From positions 10,500,703 through 10,564,702 of the forward strand of contig CM119263.1 of NCBI GenBank assembly GCA_051294375.1: 64,000 nucleotides of DNA. Direction: 5' to 3'. Positions 13,084 through 31,891 of the stretch are shown here, piece by piece. The position numbers were made by a program, and so were the translations under genes. Origin of the DNA: Paraspadella gotoi. Its lineage: Eukaryota > Animalia > Chaetognatha. Positions within the stretch are counted from its first letter, which is position 1, and each line of letters starts with the position of its first letter. Below the pieces are notes generated by a model, which saw nothing but the letters and a program-made list of their open reading frames with translations, searched no databases and had not been told where the DNA came from.

Positions 13084-14860
13084 TAGAGCTCCAGAAATAC
13101 CCATGCATTTTTGAAAAGTTCTCTGATACCTGCAAAGTTCTTGTGCCAAATTTAGTGGAGAAAGCGAATATCACAATAAAAAATTTCCCGATGCTCTTTG
13201 ATGGATTTTCCAACGCCAGTTTTTGCGTCGTACCACTTCCGGTTTTAAAAAATTCAAATTTTTTTTTTTGAAAAATGAAGCTGTTATTCAGCCCAGCATA
13301 ACCTTAACTTAATCAAAGTAAATTAATTAATAACCTTAATACTCATTTATTGTTGTGGTTTATAAATAAGGTTAAAATTATTATTACAAAAGACTTAAAA
13401 TTAGAAATTTATTATTTTTTTAAGCCAAATCGTCCCTGACCAAATTTAATAAGATTTTATAAGAAAGTTATGATTTGGTTGATACAAATAGAACTCTCTA
13501 AGGGATTAAATTATTAAATATCCTTAAGCAAGATATTGGCCCTTTAAAGTTTGCCCAAAATGATGCAAAAAGAAAGTAGTGCTTAATTAGATAAAAAGGC
13601 GCTTTGGCCTTTTGTGGCTAGCAAGCTTCCCACTCAACGTTAACCTCTCCCCAACCTAAACCTTAGCCCAAGACCTTTTATTCATTTGTAAGCCCCTCAA
13701 CCCTGATCTTAATGTCCCAGGTACAAGCTAGTTACAAGCTAAAGCAAATTATCATTTGGGCCAGGTTGCTATGATTAAGTGCAATTTGGACCGGCTCAGA
13801 AAAGATAAGAAGCTTGGGTTAAGGTTTAGGGAAGCTTACTGGGAAGGAAATTAAAGATTAAAGTTTAGCCTTAAATTGAATGGCCAGGGGTCAGGGAAGC
13901 CTCAGTTGAGGCTCAGAGTTGAAGGCCTCAGCTGAGGTAAGGGTTGGTGGATAGTCCTTTTTAAGTGATGCAGGGTTAGGGTCTTGGCATTGGATATAAA
14001 ACAGAGGCCTAGGACTAGGGTTAGGGCTAAGGAAGTGGCCTCCTCTGCAGATGTTATCCAGCCAGGGGAAAACTGGTAAAGAGTTTGGATCAGGGACTGG
14101 TTTTTGGGTTAAGGTTTTCAGCAGGAAGTACAATCTAGCTTGCCGGTTAAGTTAGGGGAAAGGTTGCTCGGGTTAAGATTTTAGAACTTGGGTAAGCAAG
14201 AAGTTCACATTAAGGTTAGGGCTAGGTTAGGATATCCAAGTAGGAAACTGATTAAGATTATAAAGGTTATTTAGGGCCCGGTTAGGGTTAGGGTTTGAAG
14301 AGAGAGGCTTGCTAGCTGGCAAAGGCCAAGTCCACGCCTTCCATTCTTATTTCGCTTACTTTATTTTTGCATCACTTGGTAAACTTTTAAAAGGGTAAAT
14401 ATCTGTTTAAAGATTAAAGATTTAAAATCCCTTTGAACAGTTCTATTTGTTTAACCAGAATAGTAAAATTTTATTAAAATTAGTGAGTAGTTTGATTAGG
14501 GCCAATTTTTGGCTTAAAAAAAATTATGAATTTTTAAAACTTGAAGGCCTTTTGTAATTATATTTTTATTAACCATAATTTATAAACCAAAAACAAAAAA
14601 TAATTAATATTAAGGTATTGGTAACTTTATTTTTGATTAATTTAAGTATGCTGGCTGAATAACAGTTCATTTTTTTCCAAAATCCTGAATTTTTAAAACC
14701 GGAAGTGGTTGACGCAAAAACTAGCGTGGAAAATCCCATAATGAGCAATCCAGAAAATTTTTTTAATTGTGATTTTTCGTTTTTCTCCACATAAATTTGA
14801 CACAGAAACTTTGCAGGTAACAGGAAACTTTTCATAAATGTATGATATTTGGGAGGTCTA
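13084..14860. mobile_element. Non-autonomous hAT-like foldback DNA transposon, 1777 bp
   Basis: 8-bp TSD ttgtagat at 13076-13083 and 14861-14868; termini tagagctccagaaata / tatttgggaggtcta; diverged inverted repeats ~13084-13670 vs ~14275-14860; empty site with a single atctacaa in the other arm (~15930-15937); no transposase ORF. Confidence 0.88.
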
Positions 14861-15327
14861 TTGTAGATAGAAAGGCAATAGAATAAAGGGAGGGTGAAAA
14901 CCATGAGAGGGGTAGCAGATAGGAGGAGGACGAGATGGAAGGAGGGAGCAGACGGGGATTGCCAAAAGAAGATGAGAAGGGAGGAGAGACGGATAAGAAG
15001 AATACATAGATGGGTAGCAGATGGAGAGGAAAAGATAGAAAAGGAGGAAGCAGACGGGATAGCAAAAGATGATAAGAGGACAAGAGATTGGAGAAGGTTG
15101 CAGAATGGAGCGAGAGCGAGAAGCGCGAGAGGGGAGGAGATGGGAGTTTTGAAGAGATAAGGTGAGGGAACAGATGGGAGAGATGAAAAAGTAGGAAGGA
15201 TAATAGAGTAGGAATTAAAGGAGATGAGAAGGGAAGGAAAAGGAGCTACTGGATCAAGGGAAACGTGATAGGGGCAAACCACCTCCCGTTTTTATAATTC
15301 GACGAAAACGAGTGTGAAGGGGAGAAA

Positions 15328-15411
<84 letters not shown>

Positions 15412-15516
15412 GGAGAGAGAGAGAAAGAAAGAGAGAGAGAGAGAAAGAGAAGAGAAGAGAGAGGAGAGAGAAGAGGAAGGAGAAAGAAAGAGAGAAGAGA
15501 GAGGAGAGAGAGAGAG

Positions 15517-15541
15517 NNNNNNNNNNNNNNNNNNNNNNNNN
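15517..15541. other. Assembly gap (25 N) near the centre of the inverted duplication
   Basis: N run seen directly. Confidence 0.99.
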
Positions 15542-16372
15542 CACGTTTCCCCTTGATCCATAGCTCCTTTTCCTCCCTTCTCATCTCCTTTAATCCTACT
15601 CTCATTATCCTCCCACTTTTTCATCTCTCCCATCTGTTCCCTCACCCTATCTCTTCAACTCCCATCTCCTCCCCTCTCGACTTCTCGCTCTCGTTCCCAT
15701 CTGCAACCTTCTCCAATCTCTTGTCCTCTTATCATCTTTTGCTATCCCGTCTGCTTCCTCCTTTCTATCTCTTCCTCTCCCATCTGCTACCCATCTCATG
15801 TTTTCTTCTTATCCGTCTCTCCTCCCTTCTCATCTTCTTTTGCAATCCCGTCTGCTCCCTCCTTCCATCTCTTCCTCTCCTATCTGCTACCCCTCTCATG
15901 TTTTCACCTCCCTTATTCTATTGCTTTCTATCTACAACCTTCTCCTTTATTTCGCTCGCTCATCTGTCTCCTCTCTTCTCATCTTCGTTCGCTATCCCAT
16001 CTACTCTCTCCTTCCATCTCTTCCTCTCCCATCTGCTCCTATCTCTTCCTCCACACCGAATCTCTCCGACCCCGACACCGGAATCAATCTTCATCCTCGG
16101 GCGGAAGATGTAAAGCAGTGGAACCATTTACCAGGCGCTTGGCCGATCGCGTGGCCGACCGACAGGCCGAACGCCAGGCCGACCGACAGGCCGACCGACA
16201 GGACGAGGACCGCCGCGGGCCGACACTTTGTCTTACTTTCAAACGTCCATTACATTTTCTTCCCTCGAGCGTTCCGATCAACAAAAAATCTCTTCTCTTT
16301 TTCTCAGTCGCTCTCTGTCTCTCTCTGGCTCTCTATTTTGTAATGTGTATGTCTCTCTCTCTCTCTCTCTCT

Positions 16373-16425
<53 letters not shown>

Positions 16426-17219
16426 TGCTCTCTCTCACTCTCTTTTTTTTGGTCTAAATGTGGGATCGATGAGTAGTTTTTCGAAGGTATTTTCTCTATT
16501 TTAACTCGATTGGCTTGGTTCGCTTACTTTGTTACCCCTCTTGTAGCCATGTCACGGAATTTTTACCCATTTCCATAATCTCTTCATTTCTCGATCGTTT
16601 TATTCTCGTGTTTTTTGTTTTTGTTTTGTGTTTATGTTTGTCATATTTCTTTTCCCGCCATCTTTTGGGATCTTTTGTCCGAATTGGATAAAGAACCGTC
16701 TCTCAGTTTCGGCGTCAGATGTCGACTCCGGAATTGAATTTCGCGCTGGTGACGGACTTCATCCTCGGAGATTAAAGCGGCGAGGCGTGTTGGATGTCGT
16801 CGTCGTCGTCTCGTCGTTGTTGTTTCCTTGTTTTCACCCTAAACTTCGAATTTTGTTTTTTTGTTGTTTTTTTTAAATCGTGTGTTGTCGACGAGAACGT
16901 TTGTATGACTCAATATTCAATGAAGGCAAAACTGTAATAATTTCGTCATATACGTTTATTTGTTTGTTAAATGCTGAAATATGCGTCACATTGACTGAGT
17001 GTGAAAATTGACACGAAATTTTTTGCGAGAATGAAAGAGATAAAAAAACGTACAGTATTAAAAGTATAATGAAATCCCAAATCAACTTCTCAGCACGTGG
17101 TCCACATTTTCTATAATTTATATTTATCACAGCGATAGCAAGACATCACAAAAGAAAAAGCCCTTTCCTAGTCTATCTGCAACTTCAGTCGACCAATGCT
17201 CAACGATTTGCCCAAAAGG

Positions 17220-17310
<91 letters not shown>

Positions 17311-17577
17311 CCCATAAATCCATTAACGCCGCGCGTCGGCCTAATTCAGCTTAACGCCTCCAGGGTCGCGCGACGCGCGTATCTTCGCGGCGTCTATAGG
17401 TGCGCGTCGCACGACGTCTGCGCCGAAATCCGCTACGCGACGTCACTTTCGTCGGCGCCACTTCCGGCCTCGATCCCCTTCATCATGATCAGCGTGAGCC
17501 GTTCGTCATAATCATAGTCGCTTTATCACCAAAGAGAGCGAGAGAGTGTGAGAGAGAGAGAGAGAGAAGAGAGAGAG

Positions 17578-17629
<52 letters not shown>

Positions 17630-18147
17630 AAGAGAGGAGAGATAACTTGGGAACCAATCACAATGACGGGCGCCAAAGCCTCCGTGACCCGCGGAGAATA
17701 TTGGCGTTCGCCGATCGAAATGGGTCATTTGTCAAGATAACCCTCTTCCGCCTCGGCACTCCTTCGCCCCACGCCCAATCACTCTCACTCTTCTTGGGAA
17801 GCGTCCCCCTCTCCATTTTTCTCCACCCTCTCCCTCTCTGTCTCGCATTTTTTCTTCGCCCATCAGCTGCGGATTATTTCGTCACTTAATTACGTCGACA
17901 AGATTTTTTTTCAAATAATTTTTTTTTTATTCGTAGCATCTTTGTTGCGTGGCGGAACTTCCTAGGATTGGCTTCGCAGTTCTGTGGAACTATGTAGTAG
18001 ACCTTGGAGTCTTTGATAATCAGAGTTTTCCAGTGGTTAAGTCTGGCCAAAGTTTTTAAAAATGAATGACTGCGTAAAAACAACCAAAAAAGTTGCGGGA
18101 AGAGTGTGACCAAAATAAAAGACTTTGGAATACGTACAAATATGCAG

Positions 18148-18157
18148 NNNNNNNNNN
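18148..18157. other. Assembly gap (10 N) with overlapping flanks
   Basis: tatgcag occurs on both sides of the gap but only once at the mirror position (~10813-10820). Confidence 0.95.
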
Positions 18158-19468
18158 ATTATGCAGCGACAAAGATTTTTAACAAATTCTTTTTTTGCAA
18201 AAGCTTCGCTTCCTTTGAGACTCACAGTACTCTTCACTCTGGAGACCTAGTAGCGTTCCACCGATCAATTTCACTTCTTGCACCCTTTGGACCCGTTAAA
18301 TCCTTTATACCAGCAAGATCGACGCGGGGGATTAAGATGGAAGCGAAGAAACTAACGATCTTCGCGTCACGCTCTGCCCCCCCCCTCCCCCCCCCATGTC
18401 TGAAAAAACAATATCGCCAAAAGCGGAAGTCATAAATCAAGTCGAGGGACGAAACTGAGTCAACCCTGGTCCATACTTACATTGCACCGCCTGTCTGCTC
18501 GTTGTGAGGGCTTGCGCATTCGCGCCAAACATTTGCGACGTGTATGCAGTTCTTGGCGACGTTGCGCGAATGCTTGCTGCTTGTCATGCGACACCGTTTC
18601 GTTGCGTTAATTGAAGATCGATTTTTTAAATTTATTTATATCTTATGAAAGCGTTTTGACATCCTCTTCTTTAGTACGATTTGTAGGTAAATTATATTTT
18701 TTGTCATCGTCATAATCTTTCAATGTCATCCTTTATTTCATTGTCATCCTTCAATGTCATCATCTTTCTTCATCCTCATTTTCCTCCAAAGAATCTTCGT
18801 CGAAAATAAATAAAATAAAATAGGACGAGGAGAATTTCTTTATGGAATCTTTTATTGAGGAGACAATAACAGGATTTTTCGTTGAGTTAGCAAAAGGAGA
18901 AGAGAAAAATCCGGCACAGTGAGCCGAGACGCCAACAATGTCGCACAGTGCGCGATGGCTGCGATGCGTCACAAGTCGAAATGACTTCAATTGCAAGAGC
19001 TAACGAAAAATATTAAAGATATCAATACCATTAGAGATTATTACCACTTATTGCAAAGTGTGGGTTAACTTATAGTGAGCCATTGTGAAATGTTTATGAC
19101 GCATTGGAAACGATCCCTTTTAGTTTCCTGCTAATTGCTTCTACTTTATTGTGGTTAAACATTTTTCTTTAATTTTTTCTTTCCAACGGCGATAAACGTT
19201 GTGAGGTATATTACGGACCCACGAGAAAGACCATGATGACAGTTTCGAGTATATAATTCCATGTATGTAGACAGGATCTATTAACTCAACCGTCAACAAG
19301 AATCCTTCTCCAAATTAAAAATTAAATTTGCAAGAAACTGGGCTGCAACTAAAACCAACGGGGAAAAGTTGTGAAAAGTTTGAGAGTGAGAGAGAGGAGC
19401 AATAGAACTAGTAGCGGAGTGAGAGAAATCAAAAAAGAGAGAGCTACTTCTTTCAATGAGAGCTCTTA

Positions 19469-19518
<50 letters not shown>

Positions 19519-20732
19519 CCGACCCGTCCTTTCTTTATTTTTCCTCCCAACGTCTTTCTCTAATTTCTAACCCAAATGGGCAATTAGGCAAGAGTTAAGG
19601 CGAGCGAGATGAGTTTTTGAATTTCTTGATTAGTAAGACTTTCTTGGAGGCAGACGATGACGTCAACGACGACGATGATGACGACGACGACGACGAAAAA
19701 GACGATGACATATTGCGCTAATTTCGAAGCGGACTTCGGAGATAATAATAATCACGGTTTAGTTCTGGATGACAGCGACGAAAAGGTGAGTGAAAAAGAG
19801 GACGACGGGAAACAAGCATATTTACGACTTCGACAACAACAACAACAAAACTACGACGACAACGACGAAGAAAACAACTTGAGAATAGTTTCGTCCGCTA
19901 CTCTAACCGGGGCTAATGGCAGCGGCCTAATGGCACCGGGCTAATGGCACCAGAATTTCAATTAAATGGAATCGAATCCGATACATTTCGACGGGACTCG
20001 GGGACTCCAGCCCGGAGTCCATAAATTGTGGTTTTATGGGTTATAAAGGCGTCAGACGGCGGGAAGAAAGAAAAAGAACAAAGGAAGGAAAAGATAAAAG
20101 GAAAAAAATAAATGGAAAGAAAGGAAAAAGACGAAGTGGAACGAGATCAGCGAAATAAAGGAAAAAGGATAAAGAATATCCTTAGAGGGAAAATCTGAAA
20201 TTAAAGTGGACGGAGACACAGAAGAGTTCATTTTTTTAAAAAAAGGAAAGAAAGAAATCATACAGAGGTTTTTTAAAAATTTAGAAATTAGAAAAAAAAT
20301 GATGATAAGAAAAACAAAAACAATGAAATAACAAAGAAGAGAAATAAAAAAAGAAATGATACATGGTAAGGACAAAAGAAAAGAAGTGAAAGAAAAAAGA
20401 ACAAGCGAAGAAAAGAAAAGAAAAGAAAAGAAAAGAAAAGAAAAGAAGGAGGACTCCAAACTCGCGCTTATCGTCGCCGTTAAACTCTTGTTCTTTTTTT
20501 CTTCAATGCCTTTTATAGGGTGAGTATTTTAGGTAAGTCTCTAGCGAAATTGCTTTCGCCGGTTTCCCGCTTCAGCTTTACATCAAAAGCCTCAAACCTT
20601 CATTCGATTCTTAACTTCTCCTTAAGAAAAACTTTCTCTCACTTCTCCTCCACTCATTTTTACGAATTCCCTCTTCCCCGTCACCAACTCACCATCCCTT
20701 ATTCCCCTTCAGCCAAACGCTTTTCGCGGCCC

Positions 20733-20896
20733 CAGCCAACCGATTGCCAACCCATTGCCAACCCATTGCCAACCCATTGCCAACCCATGGCCAACCTATT
20801 GCCAACCTATGGCCAACCCATGGCCAACCCATTGGCAACCCATGCCAACCCATTACCAACCCATTGCCAACCCAGGGCCAACCCAGGGCCAACCCT
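20733..20896 (-). repeat. Mirror copy of GGGTTGGCAAT minisatellite (shorter array)
   Basis: Tandem tgccaacccat units. Confidence 0.9.
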
Positions 20897-21165
20897 ATCA
20901 AACTCTTTCGATCAGGAATCCGATTATTTTTGCGATTCTTTCGAATTTAGCCCACACATTTAGGGGGATGGGGGTTTGACACGGTTTTGGGACGGTTGAA
21001 ATCGGTTTATGCGGTTGACACGGTTGCTACGTTACGAAAGAAAATCAAAGTTGACACGTTCTCTCAGTCGAGATGCAAATTTCCTTCCCGGAAAATCCAT
21101 TTAGCATAATTTTCAGGTTTCGAAAGAAAAGAATCGAAAAAGAAAAAATGGGGGAAAAGAAAAAA

Positions 21166-21255
21166 AGAAAAGAAAAGAAAAGAAAAGAAAAGAAAAGAAA
21201 AGAAAAGAAAAGAAAAGAAAAGAAAAGAAAAGAAAAGAAAAGAAAAGAAAAGAAA
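21166..21255. repeat. (GAAAA)n simple repeat
   Basis: Seen directly; a degenerate mirror lies at ~7412-7515. Confidence 0.95.
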
Positions 21256-23811
21256 AAAAAGTTTTCAAAAACGTCTTTTGTCTCGATTATGACTTTTGAT
21301 AATAGTTTTTGTCATGAGTTTTATTGTTTTTACTTTCACTAAAGCGTTAAAGAAAATAAGCACGCACGCTGCTCCCACTAGTTACGAGCCAAGGATCAAT
21401 TATAAGTGCTAGTGCATGTCATCAGGCGCGGAGAAGTAAAGAGCACGTGTCAATGCGCGCAGACACGTGCACGCACTAGGATGACGAACCTCCGATGACG
21501 GTTTAAACGATTTTGGGAATGAGGGCAGGGGAGGGGGGCGATGGGAGGAAAAGTAGAAAGAAATTTATTTAAAGAAATAAGGGAAGAGTAAAAGTGGTAC
21601 TGAAGGAAAGAAGGAAGGAAAGTAAAAATAAAAAGAGAGAAAAAAATAACGCCTTAAAGAAAGAAAGAGGGAAACAAGGAAGATGTCAGGTAGAAAAAAT
21701 GAATCTGAAACTAAAAAAAATCTAAAGTAAAAAAAAGAGAGAAAAAAAACAAACATATATCATATTTAAAACGGGTGAAGAAAAAAATGTTTAAATTAAA
21801 TGAAAGGAAGGAAAGAAAAAAAGTAAACCTAATTCTGAGAAGGAAAAAAACTGAGACGAGGTGAAAGAAAAGGAAACTGAAGCGTCTCACACGAAAGAAA
21901 ATTCCTAAACTTCCAGTAAATACGAGATCTAAACCACATTAATTTATATTATTTGGAATTATTCTACTTTTAAGATTATTTGTATCGCAACTCAATTTTA
22001 ATAAAACGATTTCAGATTGGAGTAATAGGAAAAAAAAGAAAGTTAGACCTGTTCGATATCAATCGGGGAGATGTACACAAGACGACGCAAGAAGGAAATG
22101 AGAAAAACTAGGATGAGTTGGCGACGCCAACTGTGGTCATGTGATCAAAACACGGAATACAACTCGTTAACCAATAACCATTAAATGGAGTGAAATTAAC
22201 CAGCCGTGATTTTAAAACATTGTTCAACATTGTTAGACCTAAAAAAGAAAACCGACGCTAGATCACCAAAAATTAATTTTACCTGATTACGAAAAGCACG
22301 TGATTAAAGTTCAGACATCACGTGACCTTTGCAAGATGCACGTGACGAGAAGCGCCTCCCTTTCGGCGTCGAGAAGCAATCTTTACCTCGTTCTCTGTCT
22401 CTGGATTCCACTCCTGAGAATTTCTAATTTTTCTTTGTTTTTTTCCCTTTTTTTTTATTTCCTTTTTTTCAGAGGAAACTTTACAATAGCTGACTTCTTG
22501 TTCCTCTTACAATTTTCATGTCTTCTCTTGCACACACCTTATTTAAACCTGCACACAAAGCAATTTATATTTTCAAATTATTTATTTATCAATTTAATTA
22601 TTTGATTAATTATATATCCATTTAATAAACAATAAAAGAGAATCACTAACTCAGGGATAAGCAAAAGAAAATGATAGAATTTGTTAATTTAGGCGGGAAA
22701 AAAGGTTTCTCATTTCCAATAAATTTGTGAAAAAATAGAAAAGGCGAAAGGAGCTCGTCAATCTTTTGTTTTTTTTTGTTAATGAATGGCTTCTGGTTCT
22801 TCTCATCACGGTCTCTGTTGGCAAAAACTAAAAACAAGCGACTAACAAATGTCAACTTTCAAAATTATTTTTCTCTTTTTTTTTTTTTGCCTTTTCCTCG
22901 TCAATAAAGAAAACGAGCCTTTTAATATTTCAAATTTTGTAATTGAATCAAAATAAACTTGGATCAGTAAACACATTTTTTCATGGGATTCGTTTATTGT
23001 AGTATTAAGGCATTGAAGTTGAAAAAAAATATTTTCATTAACGAAAAGAGACTGAAGAAAAAAAAAAATACTAGGAATTGCGAGAAGGAGATCCCGCTCT
23101 TTAACTTTTAAGCGGTTGTTAACATTTAAAATTAATTGAATTCGAGAAGATATGTATGTATGTTTCGTAGGGAAATGGTTGGAGGAATCGTTTGTTGGAG
23201 TGAACGTCAAATCAAAATATCGATAAGTGCGCTTTCGTGTTTATAAATAACATCTATACGATTTCGGTTCCGTAAAATGAAAATTCATCGGGAAGGACTG
23301 AAGAAATGTTTGTTTATAAACATGACGAATGCATAATGTTTAAATTGAAACTAAACAAAAAAGATTTTCGTAAGAGCTTGTTTACGTATTCGTTTGTCGA
23401 AGAAGACACAGAGGCTTAAATTGAGCTTCGCAATTGCTTCGTTAGTTTAGTTTGTTTTAGAAATTGGTTTCGTACAACTTTTTTTTTTTGGAGGGGAAAA
23501 CATGAGATATGACTAGAGAGACATTTAGAGTAATGGTCGAAAATAAGTTATATTAAATAATTCTAAAAGGGAAAAAGAAAACGGAAGATTAGTGCTTTTC
23601 CTACTCTACGTATCAATCAATCACAATATATCTACATACGGGGAGAAAAGTTTGAATCAAAGAAAGAACTGGAATCGACGGTTCTAAGGCATTGGGTTGT
23701 GGTTTATAATGAAAATAAGTAGTTTCGTACGATTTTTGTATGTTAAATTAAATTAACCGCGATGTTGTGTTTTTCTTCTTTTTTTTTTTTTCTCGCTTTT
23801 GTTATTTTTCT

Positions 23812-29135
<5,324 letters not shown>

Positions 29136-31330
29136 CGTCGATTCCAAAGCGTGGAATCTGAGAGGAGAAATGATAAAGAAGAATGTAGAGTTGATAATGT
29201 AGAATGATGAATCTTAACTTCTTAAGGATATTATTAAATAATTAAATCTCGAGGAAATATAAATTTAATAAACGTATTCCGTGAGAAAATCAGGAATAGG
29301 AATAATTAAAGGAGATTGACTAAATTATACTCGGGAAGTGTCAATTATTTTCGGACGGATCCAAAGAAAAGCTGCTCATTGCTGAAATCTAGAGACCGAG
29401 AAGCCATTTTTAGTTCGACGTCGCTAAAGAAAAAAAAAAGAACGCAAAAAACGTAGCCCGTCAAAAACTAAAGTCGGAATAAATTAAAATGAATCGTTCC
29501 AATGATTTAGTACATTGCAAGATTTTAAGAAAGAGAGAAAAAAAGAGAACAATAGAAAAGTGGGGAAAGGAAAGCGTCTGTTTTGCTCGTCACTTGGCGA
29601 TTACTAATGAGACATGGACTCGCTCATGTCCGCCGTCCGAAAAATATCTTTAAAATCAGAGCGGAACAGTCCTTGAAAAAATTATTTTTCTTAAATCTTT
29701 TTTTTTTCAATAAATTTATGTTTAAATATTTAATGAATTTGTTTTCCTCGGTTCAAGATTCGACTCAGGAAATACGACGTTATAGAAGACGAGTACAAAG
29801 ACGATGACGACGACTACGGCGACGAAGATGATAAAGATGACATGAAATCATTGCATGAGCTCAGTTTAGTCTGTTTTCATCGTTAAACACGAAAAAAGGA
29901 AGAGTAGGAAAAGGAATGGGAAATAAGAAAAAAAAAAGGAAATAAAGTAATAGATGGAAGAAAGAAACAAAGAGAAAAAGACAAAAACTGAAAAAAAAGA
30001 AAGTGAGAAAGAAAGAAAGAGAGAAAGAAAAAAGGAAGTGAGGAAGAAAAAAAATTAAATTAAAAAAAATATATTTTTTTTTTAAGAATTTTTTTTTAAA
30101 AAGTTATTCAGGTTTTAATGAGACCGGCGCTTAAAAAACGAAGTCGCGAAAAACGTTAGCTGTTATCGCACTGCCAATTTTAAAATTATACATGCTCTTA
30201 ATAAACAAGCCTCCTGACTTTTACAAGATGATAAGGAGACGGCCCGAAAATGTTCAAAATATTTTGAATTTTTATTCCGGTTAGTGTTTATTAGGAAAAT
30301 AATTCCTATAGAAAAATCGGCCGAACAGTTGAAAAGTTTCAAAGCGGTACTCTCACAAGATTTTTCAAAGAATTGACAAATAGATCTGAACCGATTAACT
30401 CTGATTAGATAAATGTTACCGGCTTTGAGTTTCAAAGTTCTGTATCTGTATTTAAATTTAAATTTATAGTTATCTAAAACAAATCAGAACAAACCGGTCG
30501 TATATTCTGTATTTCCTATTTATTAAAATAAGCGACTTTTACCTGATCTGCCGAGTATTGAACGTTAATTTTCGAACCCACATATCGATGATATTGTAAG
30601 TTCTTGCTAATCGGCAAAAGTAAAATAACTTTCAGAAAACCAAGACTCGCTTTGAAATAATAAAACCACAATTCTGGATAAAACGGAAGAAAACATATCA
30701 ATCGAAGTCAGAAAACCAAACTTATTACCAGTTTTTTTCACCTTGTCCTTTTTCTTTACCGAAGTGAATATGATTACAAAAGCATAATCGTATAATACTA
30801 AAATAATTCATTAAATACTAAACCAATTATTGGGTTCACCTGACGCCTTCGGTTCGCATTGACTTGTTCTCCATATTCTTTTATATCTTGTTATTGGTGT
30901 ATTTGGAATTTTTTATGTTACCGTCGTTAAACTGAGTGAAAAAGTCGTGAGAAAAATATTCAATTTAAAATCGGAGACATCAACAAACGACTCTAACGGC
31001 GCCGGTGGGCGCGAAAAGCGAGGACGTCGAGATGACTACGGCGCTATCAAAGCCGAGAACGCATCTTAACCCGACTCCAACCGAAGGAGCAAACGTCAAC
31101 GCTTCAAAGAGCCAGTCTTGGGAATGTAGAGCGCGCATATCTCTGCCGGGAAGCAGGAGCGGAGGGCAACTCTGGAGCAAAGGCGACGAAATCAAACCCG
31201 GCGTTGTTCGAAATTTAAATCCGAAAACGGCGTTTTTGTCAGAGTACTTTTAAAAATTAAATTTCTAAGTCCCTAAGATTGTCCACCTTCAGCTACAAAA
31301 AAAAAAGCGTTAATGAAATGAGAAGAAGAA

Positions 31331-31431
31331 ATAAGAACTATAAAACAATAAATAAGAACAATAAACAATAAATGAGAACAATAAAACAATTAATGAGAAC
31401 AATAAAACAATTAATGAGAACATTAAAACAA
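31331..31431. repeat. ~21-bp tandem repeat (aataaaacaattaatgagaac)
   Basis: About five degenerate units. Confidence 0.85.
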
Positions 31432-31878
31432 ATTTTAAAAAATGGAAGCATTTAAAAAAGTATTGACCCTAATAAGAATGAGTCGTCTTCCTCGTTACAG
31501 TCGTCCTCGCTTTCGTAGAAAACGTCGTCGTCGTCGTCGTCGTCACTTTCGTCTCGTTCGTGACTCTGCATTCGCGTCGTCAGTGTCGATTCGACGCATC
31601 TCGAAGACGAATGCCGATCGTTAATCGATGTTACGACATAAGTGATACGCCCTTTCGGAATGTACACCCTCTGATGAACAAATTCATCTCTTTTCATATC
31701 ATCATTTGAGTCAAGACTATTTTAATCTCTCATTCCGCTTGATAAATTACTGCTTTGTGAATCAATCAGCTAAGCCATTCCTTTCGACACGTCCGACTGA
31801 TTATATCGGCCGGCGTTTTTTTTTTTCTTGTTTCAAAAAATTTTCTCTGTGACTCAAAAAGGAAAAAAAATCAATGGC

Positions 31879-31891
31879 GTTGCCTGGCGAC
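31879..31891. promoter_or_regulatory. Candidate RFX X-box GTTGCCTGGCGAC
   Basis: Fits the GTYNCY-N(0-3)-RGNRAC consensus and lies between two divergent ciliary genes; motif match only. Confidence 0.45.

Larger units (their letters stand above)
6811..15267 (+). repeat. Left arm of large inverted duplication (partner 15542-21845)
   Basis: ttccttctcaagaattagggttttac (6811) mirrors gtaaacctaattctgagaaggaa (~21823-21845); ggatcaagggaaacgtg (to 15267) mirrors cacgtttccccttgatcc (15542); collinear in between except 13084-14860. Confidence 0.95.
15542..21845 (-). repeat. Right arm of large inverted duplication
   Basis: Reverse-complement match to 6811-15267 with many 1-bp indels; begins immediately after the 25-N gap. 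Confidence 0.95.
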
